Source of the DNA: a virus
Taxonomy: Duplodnaviria; Heunggongvirae; Uroviricota; Caudoviricetes
Length of the DNA stretch: 64,000 nt
IMG/VR virus record: IMGVR_UViG_3300033148_007488
Location: 1-64,000 of that record
Reading direction: 5' to 3' (one strand)
The stretch's first letter is position 1. The number at the start of each line of letters is the position of its first letter. The notes below the pieces were generated by a model. That model saw only the letters and a program-made list of their open reading frames with translations. It was not told the origin of the DNA and did not search any database. Positions 1 through 9,153 of this stretch are shown piece by piece. Both the position numbers and the translations under genes were made by a program.

Positions 1-253
1 TATCCGTGAGTCGGTGTATATTGTATGCTGTGTCTGTGAGTATATCAGTTATAATAAAGGCAGAGGTGGTGCTAGTAATGGGCATCCTCGTTGATTAGCA
101 TTCACTCTTGAAGACAATATAGGGAGTGGAACCATCATAACGGGCTAGTTGATTATTGTAATATACTAGTAGACCGCAAGTGAGAACCTTGCCCTCTGCT
201 TTAACATAAATGAATAGGGCAAATAAAAGAAACAATCATATATCGCACTTAAA

Positions 254-430
254 ATGATAACTAAACAAAGCATACAATCAAACAAAAGAGGACATAAACA
301 ACTTTCCCCGAAGTGGATACCGGAAGACCTCTGGGATTATGTCAAAGAAGTAGCAAAAGAAAAAAACCTCACTGAAACAACCATTGTAATAGAATCTTTA
401 GAACTTCATCGCAAACAGGATAAAAAATGA
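254..430 (+). CDS. Small ribbon-helix-helix (CopG/Arc-like) DNA-binding protein, 58 aa. It is below the track's length cutoff. Sequence: MITKQSIQSNKRGHKQLSPKWIPEDLWDYVKEVAKEKNLTETTIVIESLELHRKQDKK.
   Basis: I translated it by hand. The pattern 'LSPKWIPEDLWDYVKEVAKEKNLTETTIVIESLEL' fits RHH topology (beta strand, helix, helix ending in ..aLe..L). The stop overlaps the start of the next ORF (ATGA at 427-430). Confidence 0.4.
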   Translation: MITKQSIQSNKRGHKQLSPKWIPEDLWDYVKEVAKEKNLTETTIVIESLELHRKQDKK

Positions 431-927
431 TATTCGGATATAAAACTAAGAACGACAGGAAGATTGAAGAACTTGAAAGAGAATCAAAATACTATAAAGA
501 AGCTATCAAAGGGATTATTGACGGACTGACAAAAAAAAGAAAAATCGAAGCAGACGAAAATGATAGTATTTTAAAAACATTGGCTGATGATAATAAGGCA
601 ATTAGGCTCGTAAAAGAAGTTGTTGAAGATCATATTGGTTTATGTGATAAACGTTTACAAAGAATTGAATCGATTGGTGACTTTGAAGTTCTAATGAAAA
701 GAATCACACGAGTTGAAGAACAATTCGGGCCTATCATGGGGAAAGTAAATGATACCTATTCCTCTGCAATGCAGTCACTTATTTCTGAGGCAGCAAAAAC
801 GAACCAGCATATGGTAAATGTGGCTAAGGACGCATTAGAAAAAGCTTTTGAAAATGAAGCTCCAGAGCATATCATGGACAGCGCAATAAGTGATGATGAC
901 AATATTCATAATACGAGTAACACATGA
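427..927 (+). CDS. Hypothetical early protein with a coiled-coil-like N-terminus.
   Basis: ORF of 166 aa. Its stop overlaps the next start (ATGA), so it is the first gene of a translationally coupled + strand operon. Confidence 0.5.
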   Translation: MIFGYKTKNDRKIEELERESKYYKEAIKGIIDGLTKKRKIEADENDSILKTLADDNKAIRLVKEVVEDHIGLCDKRLQRIESIGDFEVLMKRITRVEEQFGPIMGKVNDTYSSAMQSLISEAAKTNQHMVNVAKDALEKAFENEAPEHIMDSAISDDDNIHNTSNT

Positions 928-1559
928 TAACCACAACCATAGCAACAACTCTTCTGGATGCAAAAAAAGAGAAATTCACACTCAATGTCCTCAAGAAATT
1001 CAGGGATCATATCAACACTGTTCATCCTCAGATAAGAGTAACAAACGATGGTAAAGAAATTGGCCATGTATCAAAAGCAACCATCTCTAAGAAAAAACTA
1101 AAAGTAACTCTCGACATCAGGACAAAAGAAATTGACAAAACATGGGAGTATTTCTTTATTCCACATTTTGAAGATGGCAAATATCAAGAAGTCGAGAAAA
1201 TGACTATCATCACCTCAGCTCTGATTAAAGAAATTCACATGGTTAAATTCCCAACAGATTTAAGTCTGAAGCCTACAGTATTTCCTTTCAAAGAGGATGA
1301 GGATTATTTCGTTGTGAAGCATGATGAAATAACATCCTCTCAAATTAAGGAATATTTGCTGAAACAAAAACCTGTAGCAGTCTATTATCCATTAGAAATA
1401 GGCAAAGAAGATTTGATTTTAAATGATGCAGTAAAGAGAGGATTTCTTGTTGAGAAAGAAGGTGAGTTTGTTAACAATTTTCCTTTTTATGTTCAAGCAG
1501 TAGAAGAAGATTTCGAAGCTGTCAGGAAGTGGGCAGCAAACCAATTTAATATAAAATAA
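924..1559 (+). CDS. Hypothetical protein.
   Basis: ORF of 211 aa, start/stop-coupled to its neighbours. Confidence 0.5.
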   Translation: MITTTIATTLLDAKKEKFTLNVLKKFRDHINTVHPQIRVTNDGKEIGHVSKATISKKKLKVTLDIRTKEIDKTWEYFFIPHFEDGKYQEVEKMTIITSALIKEIHMVKFPTDLSLKPTVFPFKEDEDYFVVKHDEITSSQIKEYLLKQKPVAVYYPLEIGKEDLILNDAVKRGFLVEKEGEFVNNFPFYVQAVEEDFEAVRKWAANQFNIK

Positions 1560-2017
1560 TGGACTACGATCAAAAAACCGGAATCCTTGCACCTATCTCA
1601 GATATAGAAGCTCTGAATAATATTCGTGCTCGTGTAGAAGGTCTAATTAATCGGAAATACTCAAAAGGCTATGTCTACGACACGCTGGAAGAGATCATCA
1701 AGAAACATGCTGAAAACACTCCTTTTGAGTGCAGCAAAGCTAATTTTGAAAAGAGTATCTTCGCTGTCAGTGATATGGAAAGTACTTTGACACTTTTTAT
1801 CGGTCCTTATCCAGCTTATAGAAAAACCTGTCTTTCAAATCTATGTCAGAGAGTTTCCAATATAATTTATGAGATTAACCGAAAAGATGAGATCTTGGAG
1901 ATTATGTTTGCGTTTCTATTGAAAGAAATGAAGTTGAGATTTAGCAAAAGAAGATGTGGGTATGTTTATGAAGGTGTTGAGGGGATTCGGGAAGAGGGGA
2001 TTATTAAACTTAAATAG
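1559..2017 (+). CDS. Hypothetical protein.
   Basis: ORF of 152 aa, coupled to the upstream gene (TAATGG). Confidence 0.5.
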   Translation: MDYDQKTGILAPISDIEALNNIRARVEGLINRKYSKGYVYDTLEEIIKKHAENTPFECSKANFEKSIFAVSDMESTLTLFIGPYPAYRKTCLSNLCQRVSNIIYEINRKDEILEIMFAFLLKEMKLRFSKRRCGYVYEGVEGIREEGIIKLK

Positions 2018-2025
2018 GAGGTAAA

Positions 2026-2406
2026 ATGTCTGACCCGTTTGATGATATAATTTACAAACCACCCGGACCTTTATACGGGGATTATTTTTTAAATAAAAAC
2101 AATATAGATATATCAGAACCAGCATTACGTGAGGCTTCCCGCCAAATTAAAAATGATTTAAGGAATGAGATGGATAAAGAAAAATGGAAAGTTACTATTG
2201 ATATAGATGGTGATATTAAAGAATTTGCCGGTTTAGGTGAAGAGATATCCTATGCTACATGTACACATTTTACTCCAGATGATTATAAAAAATCACTAGT
2301 TCAAAAAATACAAATTGTTTCTGATTTGATAAATGATAGAACACTATCCTCAATCCCGCAGCCTTCATCAGATATAGGAGAACTTGAACCTATGATAAAG
2401 GGCTAA
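2026..2406 (+). CDS. Hypothetical acidic protein.
   Basis: ORF of 126 aa with an SD site (TAGGAGGTAAAATG) at ideal spacing. Confidence 0.55.
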   Translation: MSDPFDDIIYKPPGPLYGDYFLNKNNIDISEPALREASRQIKNDLRNEMDKEKWKVTIDIDGDIKEFAGLGEEISYATCTHFTPDDYKKSLVQKIQIVSDLINDRTLSSIPQPSSDIGELEPMIKG

Positions 2407-2447
2407 AATAACAAATCAACAATGGGCTTAATAAATTACAGCATATC

Positions 2448-2673
2448 ATGCAAAATTATAAAGTAATCGCTAGTAGTAGCGATAAATATGGGTTTGAATG
2501 TCAGGTGAACGATGAAATAAAAAAAAGGCTGGGAACCTATTGGTGGTGTAAGCACTCAAGACGACAAGAACCGTGTAAGATATTTTCAAGCTATGGTTAA
2601 AAAGAATGGAAAAAACACAGTTTTAACTCCAAAACAAAAAGAAGAGCTTGAAATCTTTTTTGGGACTTGTTAA
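2448..2673 (+). pseudogene. DUF1737-like small protein split by a frameshift at an A8 homopolymer. Frame A runs 2448-2600 and frame B runs 2521-2673. Removing one A gives MQNYKVIASSSDKYGFECQVNDEIKKGWEPIGGVSTQDDKNRVRYFQAMVKKNGKNTVLTPKQKEELEIFFGTC.
   Basis: I read both frames by hand. The run of 8 A's lies at 2519-2526. The fused product carries 'GWEPIGGV...YFQAMVKK', a motif I recall from the DUF1737 small-protein family. Confidence 0.35.
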
Positions 2674-2748
2674 CAATCAAGCCAAGTATATCACAAGAAC
2701 GGAATATTCTCAAAATTAAAAACCTATTTTGGATTTGGAGGAAAAACA

Positions 2749-2934
2749 ATGAAAATAACAGATCAACAAATATCATCCGCAATCAAAGAATTGGGATTTG
2801 AGATTGATCAAAAAAAAGATTCAACAGAATTTGCCCACACATGCGGAAGAATAAACGAGAAATCCTACAGGCATGAAATAATAATTAGAATCAAAGAAAA
2901 TGCTAAAGATGGAAAAATAGCATATTGTGGGTGA
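2749..2934 (+). CDS. Hypothetical small protein.
   Basis: ORF of 61 aa with SD GGAGGAAAAACAATG. Confidence 0.5.
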   Translation: MKITDQQISSAIKELGFEIDQKKDSTEFAHTCGRINEKSYRHEIIIRIKENAKDGKIAYCG

Positions 2935-2960
2935 TTGAATAATTCTATTTAGGAGGCGAA

Positions 2961-3344
2961 ATGTTTTTAAGACCAATAGACGAGGAAAAAGGGCTTAATA
3001 AGGTTCTAAGCTCAGAAAACTTAAAATCTATAAGGCGTGACCAAACTAAAGAAAATAATTATTTCAGTATTACTTTTGAGTACTATGATCAAAGCAAAGA
3101 AGTTTGGTATGATTACGAAACTCAAGAAAAAAGGGATCAAGAATATGAATGGGTTCTCTCACAGCTAAGTTGCAAAACTAATAACTTTGTGGAAAAACGT
3201 TTCGCAGCACCTTGTGAATTTTGCGGTTACGATAATGACGACTATTATCAAAAATACACCCACGATAAAAGATGTCCGTGGTATGAAATTGATGGGGTAG
3301 ACAGGGTGGGGCATTACAAAAAGTTGAACATGGATATAAAATAG
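2961..3344 (+). CDS. Hypothetical protein with a Cys cluster (C..C...C).
   Basis: ORF of 127 aa with SD TAGGAGGCGAAATG. Confidence 0.55.
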   Translation: MFLRPIDEEKGLNKVLSSENLKSIRRDQTKENNYFSITFEYYDQSKEVWYDYETQEKRDQEYEWVLSQLSCKTNNFVEKRFAAPCEFCGYDNDDYYQKYTHDKRCPWYEIDGVDRVGHYKKLNMDIK

Positions 3345-3524
3345 GTGCTGAGGTTGGACAGGAAAGAAGAAATAAAGGCTACTTATGACACCTATTTACC
3401 CGCAAGTGGTCAACATTTCTGGACCTACTCTAGGTTTTAATGACGGCAGACTTTAAAACAAATACTGTAAAATAGTATTACAGTGCATATTTACACATAT
3501 ACCAAGAAAAATTAAAAGTCAACA

Positions 3525-3989
3525 ATGGACCTATTCAAAAAGAAACAAAAAATAAAAAACCATCCCCCTTGGGTAATTACTTCCTACAGCTCCATTCATA
3601 ATAAAGGGATGGATGAAGAATTTGACGATGGATGGATTGAATTTGAAAACGGCAAAATAGTACGCAGAAGAGAGATGACCGAATTCAGGGGGGAAAAACC
3701 ATATAATAAAGAAGGTTACAAGCCGCCAGATTTAATTGATATATGGAGTTGGCTTTCTAAAATTACCCCTGGGACTAAAGGTTTTCAATACAAAGATTGG
3801 CGTGTAATAAGGGAACATGATTGTTTTATCTATGTTTTAATTGGAGAATCGCAAGGGGAACAGATCAGGAAATACAAGAAAATCATTGGTGACTATACCA
3901 GCCGGCAACAAGATTTTGCTTCTTTCCTCAATATGCTGGACCGTATTCAGGAAGAGAAGGGTGAAGTAACTGATTTAGGGGAACTTTAA
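3525..3989 (+). CDS. Hypothetical protein.
   Basis: ORF of 154 aa. Confidence 0.5.
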   Translation: MDLFKKKQKIKNHPPWVITSYSSIHNKGMDEEFDDGWIEFENGKIVRRREMTEFRGEKPYNKEGYKPPDLIDIWSWLSKITPGTKGFQYKDWRVIREHDCFIYVLIGESQGEQIRKYKKIIGDYTSRQQDFASFLNMLDRIQEEKGEVTDLGEL

Positions 3990-4035
3990 ATGTCCAAAGA
4001 TATAGGCATACATTCAGAACGACAGGAACTAAACT

Positions 4036-4407
4036 ATGAGAGTTGAATATAGGACAGAAGTTAAATATAAAATATTAATATTGACACGTAAAAATATAGA
4101 AATCGTTGATAATTGTAAATGTGGAAGATCAGTAGCAAGGCTAAAATACCCCAATGTTAGTTACCCGTTTAATTTGATTAATCCATTAACTGATTTAATC
4201 GACGGGCATAGTAGCAAATTTCATGAATTTCATAATCTCCCTAAGTTTGAAAATGACTACAACTCTATGGAAGGTGCGCTAAAAGCAATCGATGTTTTAT
4301 ATAGTGAATCAGAATCAGAACATGAATATACAATTTTGCCAATCATAGTTAGAAAAAGGTACGAACATTATGAAGCTGATGAATATAGACCACCTCAGAT
4401 GTATTAA
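4036..4407 (+). CDS. Hypothetical protein.
   Basis: ORF of 123 aa. Confidence 0.45.
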   Translation: MRVEYRTEVKYKILILTRKNIEIVDNCKCGRSVARLKYPNVSYPFNLINPLTDLIDGHSSKFHEFHNLPKFENDYNSMEGALKAIDVLYSESESEHEYTILPIIVRKRYEHYEADEYRPPQMY

Positions 4408-4492
4408 ATTAATTAAAAAAATTATCATAATTTACACACCTCATCCAAAAACAGAAACACAATAAAGTTCTCTTTGAATCTCCCCCAAAAGT

Positions 4493-6010
4493 GTGCCATA
4501 TATGGGTTATATCCGATATATTTCAGGCACAATTCAAAGAGCTTACCCCATGGAAAAAATCCTCATAAAAAAAGAGTTTCACGTTCCTTTTAATCGAAGA
4601 GTAGATCTTATTGGGATTGGCGATTATGACAAAGGAAGTTCTGTAATGGTCAAAATACTTCATCCTCCTAACTTTGAGGATAATGTATTAGAAGCTTTCA
4701 AATCCAATGTAGGAGCAAGTGTTTATATCCCTAAAAAACTTGGGAAAAAAGTTCTCCATCCTATCAATCAAGTCATTCTCAGTGTCTTTCAGGAAGTGTC
4801 GGTTCCTAAAGAAATTCATAAACCAATACCTGCCGTTGAAAAAATTCCTGAAGTCAAAACAAAGAATTCACCTGTACAGCCGAAAGAGGAAAAGAAAAAC
4901 GTTATAAGCAGGATAAAATCCGCAATAAGCAGAGACCACAAAGCACATGCAATCGAAGAAGCCCAAGAGCGCAAAACCCGCTTGGCAAAAACAAAAAGTG
5001 AAGTGGATGAAGCACTAGCCCTTAAACCATCAGGGCTTGACGGGAAACGAATACTTACGGGTGATAACTGTGATTATTCCAGAGGAGCTGCCTTAATCAA
5101 GATTCTAATGGGTCTTCAAATGTGGCACAACAAAGAAGACAACCTTACAAGGCCCAATGAAGGAAAATTACTTTGTGAACGGTATCATGCTATCTCTTTT
5201 TCTGGAATAGAAACTGTTATAGGCTTTTATGTTGCCCTTGGGGATAAAGTAAAAGGAGAAGGTGATCTTGAATATCTTCTGAAGTGGTACAAAGAAGAGT
5301 GCTCAAAAATATATTCAACTCTAAGTATAGAAGAGGCGAAGAAAAAAGGGATGCAGATCATTAACGGGATTACTCCAAAGAAACTAAGGAAAAAGCCAAA
5401 TCCTGGTTTATCAATAAAACATGTTGAAAAAATTGTAGGAAGTTTATTTGAGCACAAAACAACTAGGGAACCTTTAAGGCTGAAAGATATGTATTGTGAA
5501 GTTTACCAGCCTTTATTTCTTGAAGATGAGCAAACGAAAGTCTATTCAATTGCTGAGACACCGGACGCAAGGATTATCGATGTTATTTTGGATACAGGTC
5601 TGGACCCTCTTTATTTCCAATCAAGAAATATTGAAGGTCTAGGAATTTCTTTGGGGCCTTCAAGACGTTCATATGACCTTCCATTGGCTCAAAACAATGA
5701 AAATATTGATATTACAAGCATAGGGGCTTCACCTACTTACAGCCCTCCAAAAGAAGGAAGAGAAGGTATCAACCCCGCTCAAGTAGCTTTTTTGAATAAA
5801 AGGATGGGCTACAGACACGACTATACAGATGTTAAAACATATATGGAGAGTCATCCGTCAAAAGTTAATTATCTTCGTATAGAAGCTGGGCAAACTTACG
5901 GGGTAATGGCGAATTCAATTTTAATGAAAGATTTAAAGGCATGTGAAGAAAGTGCGGAGAGATGTACTTTTTTCACAAATGGTAAAAAAACAGCAATCGG
6001 GTGGAATTAA
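4493..6010 (+). CDS. Hypothetical large protein (505 aa).
   Basis: Long ORF. I recognised no motif in it. Confidence 0.5.
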   Translation: MPYMGYIRYISGTIQRAYPMEKILIKKEFHVPFNRRVDLIGIGDYDKGSSVMVKILHPPNFEDNVLEAFKSNVGASVYIPKKLGKKVLHPINQVILSVFQEVSVPKEIHKPIPAVEKIPEVKTKNSPVQPKEEKKNVISRIKSAISRDHKAHAIEEAQERKTRLAKTKSEVDEALALKPSGLDGKRILTGDNCDYSRGAALIKILMGLQMWHNKEDNLTRPNEGKLLCERYHAISFSGIETVIGFYVALGDKVKGEGDLEYLLKWYKEECSKIYSTLSIEEAKKKGMQIINGITPKKLRKKPNPGLSIKHVEKIVGSLFEHKTTREPLRLKDMYCEVYQPLFLEDEQTKVYSIAETPDARIIDVILDTGLDPLYFQSRNIEGLGISLGPSRRSYDLPLAQNNENIDITSIGASPTYSPPKEGREGINPAQVAFLNKRMGYRHDYTDVKTYMESHPSKVNYLRIEAGQTYGVMANSILMKDLKACEESAERCTFFTNGKKTAIGWN

Positions 6011-6882
6011 TTATGGGACTAGTATTTATTTATATTTTTTTGGCCTTGGCTGGAATTACTGGTATTTTATTTTTGCTTATTTCAAGTTTTGGTTCGTCTG
6101 ACAGTCAGGAAAAGAACTTTACTAATGCTGTGAGCCCTTATTTTACTGAACATGTAACACAGGCTCAAAGAGAAGAGGATGCTTACGAAGACCGACAAAG
6201 TGGCATACTGTCCATGATAGCCAGAAAAGCACCAGGGCTTATACTGACTTTCATTCTCGTTAATATTGCAACAAGCTTGTTTACTGGTTACATTTCGGTA
6301 AAAAATGCGGAAAGAATAGCCATGGCAGGTTCAGCAATTTCACAGGGGGATTATGGTTCCGCAGCCGTTTCATTATTCACAATGGCAAAACCTGAGTTAA
6401 TAGAACAAGGAAGAATAGCCAGTGGGTCTCATCCTGAATGTAAACAAGAAGGGTTCTCTTATATTGGCAAGCTTAATGGTAAGAATGTCTGCATGATGGA
6501 TCATCTTTTTTCATTCCAAGATCATGATGAAAATATAGACAAAGAAAGTGAATACTATGGAAAATTATTATTAGACCAATCTGCGAGTAAAGCAAGGGAG
6601 ATTTGCAAGGAAAAATATAATGGGGATCTTATTTCAATTGAAGAATGGGAACTCAACAGAGGACATTTTTTATCAGCCAGAAATATCAAAGAATTTCCTG
6701 AAACACCAGAATGGACAAGGAATGTGAGTTCAGGAGATAGTGACGATTATCTAGTCATCCAAAAGTCTTCAGGAGTTAGGGAATATGTGTTAAAAGAAGG
6801 TATTGACATGGAAGATGGCGGAAAATATGTTGACAGTGAAGACATTTCTACAGTTGCATTCAGATGTTCAAAAACATGGTAA
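6001..6882 (+). CDS. Membrane protein with an N-terminal transmembrane helix.
   Basis: ORF of 293 aa. The N-terminus 'LVFIYIFLALAGITGILFLLISSF' is hydrophobic. It overlaps the end of the upstream gene. Confidence 0.5.
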   Translation: MELIMGLVFIYIFLALAGITGILFLLISSFGSSDSQEKNFTNAVSPYFTEHVTQAQREEDAYEDRQSGILSMIARKAPGLILTFILVNIATSLFTGYISVKNAERIAMAGSAISQGDYGSAAVSLFTMAKPELIEQGRIASGSHPECKQEGFSYIGKLNGKNVCMMDHLFSFQDHDENIDKESEYYGKLLLDQSASKAREICKEKYNGDLISIEEWELNRGHFLSARNIKEFPETPEWTRNVSSGDSDDYLVIQKSSGVREYVLKEGIDMEDGGKYVDSEDISTVAFRCSKTW

Positions 6883-6885
6883 TAT

Positions 6886-8742
6886 ATGCTTCCAAAGACC
6901 ACACAGACAATTAAAGACGTTTTCAAAAATGACCTTTTGCCAGCTATTTCCAATGCTTTACCGATAAGGAAAAAAAAGGTTGAGACTAATGAGGTTAATA
7001 ATCGAATAACACAGATTGAAGATGTGTTGCTCAAGCTGAATACTGACAAACAGTATTCCAGTATGTTCGATTATTATCACCAGATGAATCCGTCTTCTAT
7101 CTCTCCAAACGTATTAGAGCAGCTTTACGGCAGAGACCTTGACTTTCTCAGGCAATATTATCGTGTCAATTCCCCAATAGACCAACTTATATTTGGTCGC
7201 AGGTTTGAACAACTAAGAGGACTTTCTGATTGTGTTGCAGACAATCCTAAAAAAGTAGGCTGGAGAGTCGTTCACAAGCAAAAGGATTCACCAAACTTTA
7301 AAACAGATGCTAAGACAGATAAGGTTTGCAGATTCTTTGAGGAACTAATTTCCAACCCAAATAAGGAACGTCACCCTGGAGGGTTCCCAGATGCTTTGAT
7401 CTCAATGGCTGAGTCTAAAATGTTGTTCGACAGAATCCCAATCGAGAAGTTGAAACATCAAGATCCAAAATGGGCTGGTGCTCCTGCAAGTTATCTGATT
7501 CCAGATGCAGCGACCATAAAACCGACAACGTGGGCTCTTCATTCCATGGCTGGTTCCTCTGGTTACAGTGGAGTAAGTGATCAGCATCAAGCTACAAGAA
7601 TTGTTACGGATTCCAGACAGACAGCACAAAGCCTCATCTCTTACGAACCATCAATAAGAGCGGCCTCTAAGACAATGGCTAAAAATAAAGCCTATGGAAG
7701 TGAAGTGAATGAATATCAAAGACTCATGTCCGGGATTATCATTTGGGTTCAACAGATGCCAGACAGACAAATAAGTGCGGGGTATACCAAGGATGATATC
7801 TGTGTATTTATAGGTAATCCAAGCCCACAAATAAATTCATGGGGGTGGTCTTCTGGATCAGCTTTTGAACGATCATTCTCTTTTGGTGAAGTTATCTTCA
7901 AGATGACCGGACTCAACAGAGAGATATTCGATTCAAGAATGCCTGAAGGAGTATTGACGGTTCAAGGTGTAGGAATGGACAAAAGGGCGAAACAGCAGCT
8001 CCACGAACGAATGTATGAGGAAGGGTCAGACCGTTATTCTAATCTTCTTGTTTTGCCAGTTGAAGATCCCGAAAAAGGCATTAAATACCACAAGATTAAA
8101 GATAAGCCAACAGACATGCAGTTCAATTCGATGTTTATTTTATACGTCAAATTGAAGTGCTCTGCTTATGGTTTTGACTATACTGAACTCAATCTTGAAG
8201 ATGGAAGATCAGGAGGATTAGGTGGTTCAGGTTCAGCAGAAAAAAGGATGGACAAGCATACTGCCACAGGGATCAGTAGCGATACAAAATATTATGCCCA
8301 TTGCCTGACTGAAGCCCTGATAAAGCCATGGTCAGAAGACTACAAGATGGAATTTGTGCATGATGTGACTGAGACTGAAGAGGAGGTAAAACTTAAGAAA
8401 GAAAAGATGGGTTACACCTCTTTATCTGAAACACGGACAGAAGATAATTTAGAGGAAAACTGGTGGGAATCAGCACCTAAAGAGTTCAGAGTAGAATTAA
8501 AGAAGTACGGAAAGTTCTCCTACATCCCAGGCGTTGATTCGTCTGGAAGGACTCAACTGATCTTAAAACAGATGGAGCAAGACCTTCAAGAAAAAATGCA
8601 GGCTCAAGAGACTGAACAGGAGCCTGAAGAACCAAAAGAAAGTAAAGAGATAACTGACCTTAAATCAGCTATCGGGCAACAGGAAACAGAGAATGAAGAA
8701 TTAGAGAAATCCTTTGCTGTTAAGGTTGAGCATCTTTATTAA
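6886..8742 (+). CDS. Hypothetical large protein (618 aa) with an acidic C-terminal tail.
   Basis: Long ORF. It has a Gly-rich segment and an acidic C-terminus. A portal-like role is only speculation. Confidence 0.5.
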   Translation: MLPKTTQTIKDVFKNDLLPAISNALPIRKKKVETNEVNNRITQIEDVLLKLNTDKQYSSMFDYYHQMNPSSISPNVLEQLYGRDLDFLRQYYRVNSPIDQLIFGRRFEQLRGLSDCVADNPKKVGWRVVHKQKDSPNFKTDAKTDKVCRFFEELISNPNKERHPGGFPDALISMAESKMLFDRIPIEKLKHQDPKWAGAPASYLIPDAATIKPTTWALHSMAGSSGYSGVSDQHQATRIVTDSRQTAQSLISYEPSIRAASKTMAKNKAYGSEVNEYQRLMSGIIIWVQQMPDRQISAGYTKDDICVFIGNPSPQINSWGWSSGSAFERSFSFGEVIFKMTGLNREIFDSRMPEGVLTVQGVGMDKRAKQQLHERMYEEGSDRYSNLLVLPVEDPEKGIKYHKIKDKPTDMQFNSMFILYVKLKCSAYGFDYTELNLEDGRSGGLGGSGSAEKRMDKHTATGISSDTKYYAHCLTEALIKPWSEDYKMEFVHDVTETEEEVKLKKEKMGYTSLSETRTEDNLEENWWESAPKEFRVELKKYGKFSYIPGVDSSGRTQLILKQMEQDLQEKMQAQETEQEPEEPKESKEITDLKSAIGQQETENEELEKSFAVKVEHLY

Positions 8743-9152
8743 TCCCTACCATTTATCTTTTTAAAAATAGCCCAATGCTTAAGCTCCCCTGATTCCGACA
8801 CATTTTTACTCTTCCAAAATTGTTTAGGACATGGATCATGCACAACAACACCATCAATATTTATTATCACTGAATGAGTTGAGTCAGGAAGACTAGACGG
8901 AACACATGCTTCAAAGAATCCACCAACATTCTCACACTCTGACAAATTATGCGTTTTCGGGTATCCGTTTTCATCCCAATTATAACCAAGGCCCCAAAGA
9001 AAACCACATAAAATAAAAGACCACTGTTTATCAGGGAACAATCTGAAATGTGGAACTTGATCTATTTCCAAATTAAAAAGAGAAGCTATAGTTGCCCTGT
9101 GACAATCTCCTTTCGTGTTGTCTCCTAAAATTGTTTGGAATATTGGTGTCAT
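8739..9152 (-). CDS. Hypothetical protein.
   Basis: ORF of 137 aa, adjacent to the next gene on the - strand. Confidence 0.45.
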   Translation of the reverse strand: MTPIFQTILGDNTKGDCHRATIASLFNLEIDQVPHFRLFPDKQWSFILCGFLWGLGYNWDENGYPKTHNLSECENVGGFFEACVPSSLPDSTHSVIINIDGVVVHDPCPKQFWKSKNVSESGELKHWAIFKKINGRD

Positions 9153-9153
9153 A

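Noticed and set aside
3463-3488. LexA SOS box.
   Set aside because: CTG and CAG are separated by 13 nt, not the 10 nt of the CTG-N10-CAG consensus.
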